From the NCBI GenBank assembly GCA_965277405.1, contig OZ255726.1, positions 1,824,001-1,888,000 of the forward strand: DNA of 64,000 nucleotides. Reading direction: 5' to 3'. This document shows, one piece after another, positions 10,799 to 18,896 of the stretch. Under the pieces are notes generated by a model. It was given only the letters and a program-made list of their open reading frames with translations. It was not told where the DNA came from and made no database searches. The stretch is from Gammaproteobacteria bacterium (lineage in GTDB: Bacteria > Pseudomonadota > Gammaproteobacteria > G965277405). How positions within the stretch are numbered: the first letter of the stretch is position 1; each line of letters begins with the position of its first letter. A program made the position numbers and the translations under genes.

Positions 10799-11791
10799 AT
10801 GCGCGTTTCGGTGCTCCCACTGCTCGCAATTACCTTATTATTGGTGTTAATCATTGCAGTTGCCATTGGCGCTGTAAAGATTCCCTTACTATCCTTGCTG
10901 CTCGGTGACATAACGACGCAGCAACAGGCAGTGTTGTTGTCTATTCGCTTGCCGCGGGTATTGCTTGCTGCCATTGTGGGGGTAGGCTTGGCAACTTCTG
11001 GCGCAGCTATGCAAGGTTTGTTTCGCAATCCATTAGCAGATCCTGGCTTATTTGGAATTTCATCAAGCGCAGCATTGGCTGTGGCGATTATGATTGTGAT
11101 TGTCCCTCCCGCAGCAGGAGCGTTGAGCCTATACAGTTTGAGTGCCGCAGCTTTCACGGGAGGGATGCTCTCAAGCGGCATTGTATTTACGATTGCACGG
11201 TTAACAGGTGCCTTTTCTGTTATTTACTTATTACTTGCTGGGATTGCGATTAGCGCGCTAACAGGTGCTGCCACTGGCTTTTTGATGTATATCAGCAATG
11301 ACCAACAGCTCCGCGCCCTGACCTTTTGGACTATGGGCAGTGTTGGCAATGCTCTGTGGCCTGCAGTGTTAGTTTGCGCTACAATCGTGATTCCCACATT
11401 ATTTATACTCATCCGCAATGCTCAAGCGCTCAACATATTGCTGCTAGGTGAACAGGAGGCGCAACATTTAGGCATTGATACCAAAAAACTCAAACGTATC
11501 ATCATTATCTGCGTAGCACTTGCTGTTGGTGCTGCTGTTGCTGTGAGTGGTATCATTGGCTTCGTCGGCTTGGTCGTCCCGCATATCATTCGCCTTTGCC
11601 TAGGACCAGATCACCGCCTGCTGCTGCCAGCAGCTGCAATGCTTGGCGCTATTTTGCTTATTGTTGCAGACACTTTTGCCAGAACAGTCGTTTCACCAGC
11701 CGAGATGCCAGTTGGAATTATTACCAGTTTGATTGGTGGACCATGCCTGCTATGGATGCTCATCAAGCAATATTCAGCTAGATTTAGCTAA
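10799..11791 (+). CDS. hmuU: Heme ABC transporter permease (FecCD family)
   Basis: IRLPRVLLA, QGLFRNPLADPGL and GIIGFVGLVVPH motifs. Confidence 0.9.
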   Translation: MRVSVLPLLAITLLLVLIIAVAIGAVKIPLLSLLLGDITTQQQAVLLSIRLPRVLLAAIVGVGLATSGAAMQGLFRNPLADPGLFGISSSAALAVAIMIVIVPPAAGALSLYSLSAAAFTGGMLSSGIVFTIARLTGAFSVIYLLLAGIAISALTGAATGFLMYISNDQQLRALTFWTMGSVGNALWPAVLVCATIVIPTLFILIRNAQALNILLLGEQEAQHLGIDTKKLKRIIIICVALAVGAAVAVSGIIGFVGLVVPHIIRLCLGPDHRLLLPAAAMLGAILLIVADTFARTVVSPAEMPVGIITSLIGGPCLLWMLIKQYSARFS

Positions 11792-12543
11792 TGATTCAAG
11801 CACGCAAACTCAACTATGCTGTTGGCAATACCATTATCCTTCGTGATGTCAGCGCCACGATAGCCGCTGGTGTAATTACCGCGATAATTGGTCCAAATGG
11901 AGCTGGAAAATCAACCCTACTCCAGTGTCTTACAGGTACGCTCCAACCTGATAGCGGCAGTGTTACGTTGGATGATATACCAATCACCAAGTATTCACTA
12001 GGCGAGCTTGCACAAAAAAGAGCGGTGCTGGCTCAATCAACAGCCATCAGCTTTCCATTCACTGCGCAAGAAATAGTGCGCATGGGGCGCCACCCATACG
12101 GCACAGCCACCACTGCCAGCGCTGATGACATTATCCAACAAGCGATGGCAAGTGTTGAGGTATTGCATCTTAAAACCCGCATTTTTCCAACGCTATCTGG
12201 CGGGGAGCAGCAACGTGTCCAGCTAGCACGAGTACTTGCTCAGCTTTGGGGACAGCAGTATGCATGTTTGTTTCTTGACGAACCTACCGCAGCGCTTGAT
12301 TTGAAGCATCAACACCAACTATGCAATATTGCCCAGCATACAGCCAGCAACCACCATGCTGTTTGCATCATCATGCACGATATTCATCTGGCGCTGCGAT
12401 ATGCAGATGTGGTTATATTGCTAAAAGAAGGTCAGGTTATCGATGCAGGTGCAACGAGCAACACCCTGACAGCACAAGCAATCGCCGAGGTGTTTACCGT
12501 ACCGACTGCCATTGCCCATAGCTATGTGCAACATGCCAATTAG
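11791..12543 (+). CDS. hmuV: Heme ABC transporter ATPase
   Basis: GPNGAGKST, LSGGEQQRVQLARVLAQLW and LDEPTAALDLKHQ motifs. Confidence 0.92.
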   Translation: MIQARKLNYAVGNTIILRDVSATIAAGVITAIIGPNGAGKSTLLQCLTGTLQPDSGSVTLDDIPITKYSLGELAQKRAVLAQSTAISFPFTAQEIVRMGRHPYGTATTASADDIIQQAMASVEVLHLKTRIFPTLSGGEQQRVQLARVLAQLWGQQYACLFLDEPTAALDLKHQHQLCNIAQHTASNHHAVCIIMHDIHLALRYADVVILLKEGQVIDAGATSNTLTAQAIAEVFTVPTAIAHSYVQHAN

Positions 12544-12630
12544 ACGATATCAGCCATTTAAATCCACCAATAATGGTGTGGGCGAGTTTTGTTGATAGAA
12601 AATTTAAGCAACCTTGTAAGCGACAGCGAC

Positions 12631-12645
12631 TTAATCAGCGCTTCC
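12631..12645 (-). repeat. Solo IS5/MITE terminal inverted repeat remnant
   Basis: (cagcgac)ttaatcagcgcttcc matches the MITE end. Confidence 0.7.
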
Positions 12646-12646
12646 A

Positions 12647-12691
12647 TTAGCATAGTTAGCATAGTTAGCATAGTTAGCATAGTTAGCATAG
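12647..12691. repeat. Tandem repeat (TTAGCATAG)x5
   Basis: Five perfect 9-bp units immediately before a TAGAAT hexamer (12693-12698), upstream of the R-M gene. Confidence 0.95.
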
Positions 12692-12749
12692 ATAGAATGT
12701 CGCCCTAGCAATTAACATCCGCCGCATTAACAGACGATATACGCATACA

Positions 12750-14834
12750 ATGACAAATACGCTACAGCCAAGTAACACAAATATCATGCAGACAATGCTC
12801 AAAGACAGCAATTATCATCTTGGTTTATTTGCAAACGAGGAAATTACCTCGCTAAGCGCACAGGTTTTTTCTAAAATGATTCGCGGCAAAGCAACGCCCT
12901 TTGTGCGCTGTATCGTGCGGGACAAGGACATCCAGCTTAAGCCCGAGGAAATTGTGCGGCAGCTGTATGCAGCAAGATTGATTCATGGCTATGGCTACCC
13001 CAAACAACGCCTTGCTTTTGAATATGCGGTAAATTTTGGGCGAGAAAAAAAGAGTGCTGATATTATTATTTTCGACAAAGACCGCGTTGATACCGCCTAT
13101 ATTGTGATTGAGCTTAAAAAGCCCAAACTCAAAGACGGCAAAAACCAACTGCGCTCGTATTGCAATGCCACTGGTGCGCCGATTGGTGTTTGGAGCAACG
13201 GTGAACAAATCTCTCACTATCACCGCAAAGACCCGAATTATTTTGAAGACATTAGCGATATACCCAAGGCGAGCCAAAGCCTCAAGGATATTCTAAGCGA
13301 GCGTTTCACCCTCAAAAACCTGCTGATCAATGATAAAATCGCCAATGAGCGCAAGTCGCTAAAAGACATTATTCTGGAAATGGAAGACGAAGTGCTGGCA
13401 AATGCGGGGGTTGATGTGTTTGAAGAGGTGTTCAAGCTCATTTTTACCAAACTGTATGACGAATTTTGCAGCAAGAAAGACAAAGGAATTATTGAACATT
13501 ATCTTGACCAGAATTTAGCCGATGAGGAGAGAGGCGATTTTGACAAACTCAAGGAAACCCTGCGCAAGGTGCATGATAACAAATTCCGCGTGATGGAATT
13601 TAGAAACAGCGGGCAGACCGATAGCGAGCTTAACAACAAAATTCAGACGCTGTTTGACAACGCCAAAAGCCAATGGTCAGGCGTTTTTCCCGAAGGCTCA
13701 GCCTTTGAATTATCTGACAGTCACTTGGCGGTGTGTATTTCCAGCTTGCAGGATGTAAAGCTGTTCAATTCAAATTTGCTCGTCGTTGATGAAGCCTTTG
13801 AATATCTGGTCAATAAATCAGCCAAAGGCGAAAAGGGGCAATATTTCACCCCGCGGCATGTGATTGATATGTGCGTGCAGATGCTCAACCCCAAGCGGGG
13901 CGAGTATATGATCGATACGGCATCTGGCAGTTGCGGGTTTCCCGTGCATACCATGTTCAAACTGACAGGGCATCTGTTTACTAATGCTGAAATTCCCGAA
14001 GAAGACAAACAGCATATCCTCAAAATTTTTGGTATCGACTTTGACGAAAAAACCGTGCGCGTTGCCAGAACCCTCAACTTGATTGCAGGGGATGGTGAAA
14101 CCAATGTTTTACACCTCAATACGCTAGACTATGAGCGCTGGAGCGATAAAACCGCAAAAGACCCGAAATGGATAAATACCTACGGCAAGGGCTTTGAGCG
14201 CTTAAAAGCTCTTAGAAGCGATAAAGGCAGTGATAAACGCTTTAATTTTGATGTGCTGATGGCTAACCCACCGTTTGCTGGGGATATCAAGGAAAGCCGC
14301 TTGCTCCACCAGTACGAGTTTGGCTTTAAGGCTGGTGGTAAGAAGGCGCAAAGCCAGGTTGGACGCGATATTTTGTTTATCGAGCGTAATCTTGATTTTT
14401 TGAAGGCAGGTGGGCGTATGGCGATTGTGTTGCCGCAGGGACGCTTTAACAACACCTCGGATAAGCATATTCGTGACTTTATCGCCGAGCAAGGGCGTAT
14501 CCTGGCTGTAGTCGGGTTGCATGGCAACACCTTTAAACCGCATACCGGCACCAAAACCAGCGTGTTATTCGTGCAGAAATGGCACGATGAACTTTGCCCC
14601 AAGGTCGAAGATTACCCGATCTTTTTTGCAGTATCTGAAAAAGCCGGCAAGAATAATTCAGGTGATTATGTGTATGTCAACAACGGCAACGGTCAATATA
14701 AACTCGATAACAACGGCCACCTGATCGTTAACCATGACCTGCATAACCACGATGGCATGCTGAAAAACGGCATCGCGGAAGGCTTTATTGAGTGGGCAAA
14801 AGCGCAAAACTTCTCCTTTTGGTCGGAGGGGTAG
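12750..14834 (+). CDS. Fused restriction endonuclease (HsdR_N-like PD-(D/E)xK) and N6-adenine methyltransferase (type IIG/IIB-like R-M)
   Basis: N-terminal KPEEIVRQ..ADIIIF..VIELKKP..QLRSY nuclease domain; GQYFTPRHVI, DTASGSCGF and ANPPF methyltransferase motifs. Confidence 0.88.
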   Translation: MTNTLQPSNTNIMQTMLKDSNYHLGLFANEEITSLSAQVFSKMIRGKATPFVRCIVRDKDIQLKPEEIVRQLYAARLIHGYGYPKQRLAFEYAVNFGREKKSADIIIFDKDRVDTAYIVIELKKPKLKDGKNQLRSYCNATGAPIGVWSNGEQISHYHRKDPNYFEDISDIPKASQSLKDILSERFTLKNLLINDKIANERKSLKDIILEMEDEVLANAGVDVFEEVFKLIFTKLYDEFCSKKDKGIIEHYLDQNLADEERGDFDKLKETLRKVHDNKFRVMEFRNSGQTDSELNNKIQTLFDNAKSQWSGVFPEGSAFELSDSHLAVCISSLQDVKLFNSNLLVVDEAFEYLVNKSAKGEKGQYFTPRHVIDMCVQMLNPKRGEYMIDTASGSCGFPVHTMFKLTGHLFTNAEIPEEDKQHILKIFGIDFDEKTVRVARTLNLIAGDGETNVLHLNTLDYERWSDKTAKDPKWINTYGKGFERLKALRSDKGSDKRFNFDVLMANPPFAGDIKESRLLHQYEFGFKAGGKKAQSQVGRDILFIERNLDFLKAGGRMAIVLPQGRFNNTSDKHIRDFIAEQGRILAVVGLHGNTFKPHTGTKTSVLFVQKWHDELCPKVEDYPIFFAVSEKAGKNNSGDYVYVNNGNGQYKLDNNGHLIVNHDLHNHDGMLKNGIAEGFIEWAKAQNFSFWSEG

Positions 14835-14836
14835 GG

Positions 14837-16221
14837 GTGCAGGTTTCAATCCTTTGGAAGAGCGAATTAGAAAATGAATTTACGATTGGGGCTGAATTTT
14901 ACCACCCATATTATGTAAAGAAAGTGGATGACATAAAGGGCAAGAATAATGTGCAAATGTTAGGAGATATGTGTGAATTAATTACTGATGGTGACCATAG
15001 CACAAACAATATATCGATTACGGCGTTTTATACCTTTTGAGCGAATCAGTAAAAGAAGGCTATATAGATAAAAATATATGTAGATATATTTCTACAAAAT
15101 TACACAGCCAACTTAGCCGATCAAAATTAGAGCCAAGAAATGTAGTTCTGACAAAAACAGGTGTTTATTTCGGTAAAAGTGCAGTGGTACCAGATAATTT
15201 CCCTATCGCTAATACCAGTGCTCATGTGGGTAAATTTGTAGTAAAAGAAGATATTATCAACCCATACTATCTATCAACTTTCTTTAATTGCGAGTATGGC
15301 TATTCCCAACTTAGAAGACGAGGCACTAAAGCATCTCGCCCAGAGATCAAATTAATAGAGTTTAATGATATAAGAATTTTTGTTGCAGAAATAACTTTTC
15401 AAACAAAAATTGAGCAATTAGTTAAGAAAGCTGTTTTGTTATTATCATCATCGAGAGAAGCTTTTTCTAAAGCTCATAACCTCCTACTTACCGAGCTAGG
15501 GTTAAACGACTGGCAACCCAAACACCAGCTTACATTTATCAGGAATTATTCCGCTACCGTTGCAGCTGGTAGAATTGATGCGGAATATTTCCAGCCCAAA
15601 TATGACGAAATTATCAACGCTATCAAAGCCTATACGGGCGGCTACTCCACCATTAGTAAGGAGTTTAGGCAAAACAAATCTACATTCGAGACCGATAATG
15701 AAAAGCTATATAAGTATGTGGAAATTGGTAGCATTAATGTATCGAACGGAGAAGTTACACCTAGGGAAGTTTTAGGAGCTAACTTACCTGCAAACGCTAA
15801 AAGAACCTTGAATAAGAATGATATTATCGTTTCAAAAGTCAGGACATACAGAGGGGCAATTACCATAGTTGAAAAAGATGGTTATGTGGGCAGTGGGGCA
15901 TTTACAGCCTTAACAGAAGGTGGAAGAGTAAATAAAGAAACCTTGCTCGCCTTCCTTCACTCAAAGCCTCTTTTATATTGGTCACTTAAACCAAATACTG
16001 GTACATCATATCCAGTTATAGTTGATGACGATATTCTAAATCTATCTATCCCGATTTTACCCCAAGCCCAGCAACTGCAAATCCAGCAACAAGTCACCGA
16101 ATCGTACGCGCTACGCAAACAATCCAAGCAGCTGTTGGAAAATGCCAAACACGCGGTTGAAATCGCGATTGAGCAAAATGAAAGCCAAGCCATCGAGTGG
16201 TTAGCTGCTCAATTGGTATAA
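14837..16221 (+). pseudogene. HsdS-like specificity subunit with two TRDs, frameshifted near 15001-15010
   Basis: GTG 14837 frame reads ..GAEFYHP..LITDGDHST; the continuation (K)QYIDYGVLYLLSES..RIDAEYFQPKY..AKHAVEIAIE lies in the -1 frame; one extra A in 'cacaaacaat' joins them. Confidence 0.75.
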
Positions 16222-16382
16222 TTTAAATGAGCGACTAATTTTGTTATGTAAATTTTGTTATGTAATAGCCGCGCAGCAACATTTTAGTGTTATGTCGAAC
16301 TTGGCACAAGACATTGCTCTCAGAGGTACCTTAAGACCACAGACAGTATCCTTGCCTTGGTGCATCAATATTTTGATGACGA

Positions 16383-16947
16383 TTAACGCCTTAAACGGTC
16401 GTACACTTGGTGGTCGCCTACATCAATTAACGCGTAATGATCTTTTGTAACTAATTTTAGTACAATGCGGCAATCTAAAGATGCACGGATAGAATAATAA
16501 TCTGCGGGTTTATCAAGGAAGCTCTGATTAAGTCGCTGACGGAGCGAGTTTGCCTGCAATTGCTGATGATTGCAAGGCGCAAACCGCTAAGCGCATGCCG
16601 TAGCATATACGCCAAGGGATGTAACACAGCAAGTACCGCTTGTAGGCAAACCATCATATATTCAATAGAAGGCCGGGAAAAAACGCTGCGCTAACGTCGT
16701 TGCAGCACTTGATAATACCACCAGTATTATCTGCGCACTGCGTCTAGTTATCATCAGCGTTTTTCTCCGTCTCGCCCATCATGGACTTAATCAGAGCTTC
16801 CCTAACAATCAGTTGTTTAAAGCGCAAGGCGGGATAGTCAGGTGTTTCAATAAATCGATGTAAGCTATCAGCAATTTTTTTTTGTTGTTGTTGGGACAGT
16901 TTTTTTAATCGTTTTAAAAAGCCGCTTGATGGCGACAACTTAATCAC
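16383..16947 (-). pseudogene. RelE/ParE-superfamily toxin gene interrupted by a MITE
   Basis: Removing 16517-16801 plus 4 bp restores MIKLSPSSGFLKRLKKL..PALRFKQLIVSKPADYYSIRASLDCRIVLKLVTKDHYALIDVGDHQVYDRLRR*. Confidence 0.85.
16517..16801 (+). mobile_element. Full-length MITE (285 bp) with IS5-type terminal repeats
   Basis: ggaagctctgattaagtc...gacttaatcagagcttcc; flanks tcaa and ctaa; no transposase. Confidence 0.92.
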
Positions 16948-17495
16948 GCTAACAGTGCTTTTAACAACTGTTGTGGTGTCTCAACCTGCGTCGGTGTCAG
17001 CATTGGCAGCAAGGCTTTATCTGTTGATTTGGCGTAATGATGCCCAAGGGCGCGCAAATTGTCAGTTACATCAATACACGCATCAATCTGGCTGGTGGCT
17101 ATTTTAAAGAAGCGCAGTCCCGTCTGCTGAATGTGGTTAGCTTGTTGACGCGAAATACTCCTAGCTTGTTTTTCTAGGCGCTTAAAGTGTCTGCGCAGAA
17201 TATCAGCTACCTCGCAATCTTCAGCAATAAGTTCATCAAAGTAATCGAGCATTTGTTGGATAGTCTCCCTGCATTGGTGAGCAGAGTAATGGCTTAAGGT
17301 ATCTTCAATGGATCGAATCACTATGTCGCGCTCTTTAGACCAATATAAATATCGACTTTCCGCTTCTTCTAATATGAGGTTTAGCTGTTGATCAGCGCAA
17401 GATAGTATGTGGGTTTGGTTGGCTTGCACAGACGCAAACAAGCCAGCTGGGCTGGCAGCAGCATGTAAAGAGGTGATGTGATGTAATGCTTCCAT
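16944..17495 (-). CDS. Hypothetical alpha-helical protein, candidate antitoxin
   Basis: 183-aa ORF overlapping the toxin start by 4 bp; no family recognised. Confidence 0.6.
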   Translation of the reverse strand: MEALHHITSLHAAASPAGLFASVQANQTHILSCADQQLNLILEEAESRYLYWSKERDIVIRSIEDTLSHYSAHQCRETIQQMLDYFDELIAEDCEVADILRRHFKRLEKQARSISRQQANHIQQTGLRFFKIATSQIDACIDVTDNLRALGHHYAKSTDKALLPMLTPTQVETPQQLLKALLA

Positions 17496-17726
17496 AGGGA
17501 TTAGTTTATCAGGCTTACATTAATAATTGAATAGGTGCCTGCTGTAATCTGAGTTGTTATAGTTAGCTGCGTTGTTGCATAAAATGTTGTTGTTGGGGAT
17601 CCTCTGCTTAAGGCAACGGCTGCGGGAAAAGACCAAATACGTAAGTCGCAGCTGCAGGTTTGGCTGTGCGCCAAGTCGTTGCTGCGCTCAATCACACCTT
17701 AATTCATCGCTTGCAATGCTACTGAG

Positions 17727-18896
17727 CTATCCCAACGCGTTTTTAGCTATGATGGTGCGCAGCTTAGGGATAGTATTCAGGAGTCCGATTGCCCGACTTG
17801 TTTGACTGCGCAGTGGTGATGAGAGGATGCCAAGCAGCATTGCTGCGGCAAGCCGTTTACTTGCACGGTCGGCAAATACTTGCTGTTGCAACTGGTGTAA
17901 TGCTGGCCATAATTCATTATTGGTGGTGCCGCCAGCATAGCGGCTAAACGCTGCAACGTGTTGCAGAGCCATGTTGATCCCTTGTGCTGCCAATGGATGA
18001 ACACTTTGCGCTGCATTGCCAAAAACCGCAATATGTCGACGGACCACTTCACGGGCAATAACGCGTTGCAATGGCCAGCGCGCCAGTGGGGTGAGCATCG
18101 TGGCTATCTGCCATCCTTGACCACTGCCAATGGCGTTGAGCGCAGCTGGTTTAAGTGGTTGCTGTTGGGTTAGTTGGATTATCCCTGCTTGCGGCTTGTT
18201 GTCTAGGTCTGGCAACGGCACTAATACGACAGTAACGGCATCGGCAATTAATTGAAACGCAGCGCTGTGGTGTGGTTGCAGCAATTGTACCCGGCCGGCG
18301 TACGCTGTTTCTAAGTATGGTGAGGATTCGTATTGAATACCTAATAGCCCTGCAGTTGCCGAATGACTGCCGTCGCAGATGCATAATAAATTGGTGTGTA
18401 CTGTGGTGTTGTCGCTGAGTGTGAGTTCGACACCGTCGCTGCGCGGTGTGATTTTGCTGGTTGTTGTTGCACTGAAAACAGTTGTACGCGCTTGACAGTT
18501 TGTTATCCAGCGCTTGGTAATTGCTTGGGCAAATTGAATATTGACGACGGTTGCGCCAAATTTGTCGAGCATGCATTCCTCGCTGGTAACGCGGTATCGT
18601 TGAATATCTGCGGCATTTTGTCCGCAGACGTTGATCGCGGTAATCGGTTGTGCATACGCAAGGTCAATATCTTGCCCAGCCAATACAGCCAGCGTTGCTG
18701 TGTTGAGGACAAATGTACGTTGGTCAAAGCTGGTTTTTTCAACAGCAATACCATTTTGAACATTGGCAAGACGTTGTTGCATGTCCGCGGCATCAATAAG
18801 CGCAAATGAGTAGTTGGGGAATTGCCTGCTGAGGCTGATTGCCGTAAATAAACCAACAGGTCCTGCACCGATGATAACACAATCAAATTCTTGCAT
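17727..18896 (-). CDS. ubiH: UbiH/UbiF-family FAD-dependent monooxygenase
   Basis: IIGAGPVG, CDGSHS and GNAAQSVHPLAAQGINMAL motifs. Confidence 0.75.
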   Translation of the reverse strand: MQEFDCVIIGAGPVGLFTAISLSRQFPNYSFALIDAADMQQRLANVQNGIAVEKTSFDQRTFVLNTATLAVLAGQDIDLAYAQPITAINVCGQNAADIQRYRVTSEECMLDKFGATVVNIQFAQAITKRWITNCQARTTVFSATTTSKITPRSDGVELTLSDNTTVHTNLLCICDGSHSATAGLLGIQYESSPYLETAYAGRVQLLQPHHSAAFQLIADAVTVVLVPLPDLDNKPQAGIIQLTQQQPLKPAALNAIGSGQGWQIATMLTPLARWPLQRVIAREVVRRHIAVFGNAAQSVHPLAAQGINMALQHVAAFSRYAGGTTNNELWPALHQLQQQVFADRASKRLAAAMLLGILSSPLRSQTSRAIGLLNTIPKLRTIIAKNALG

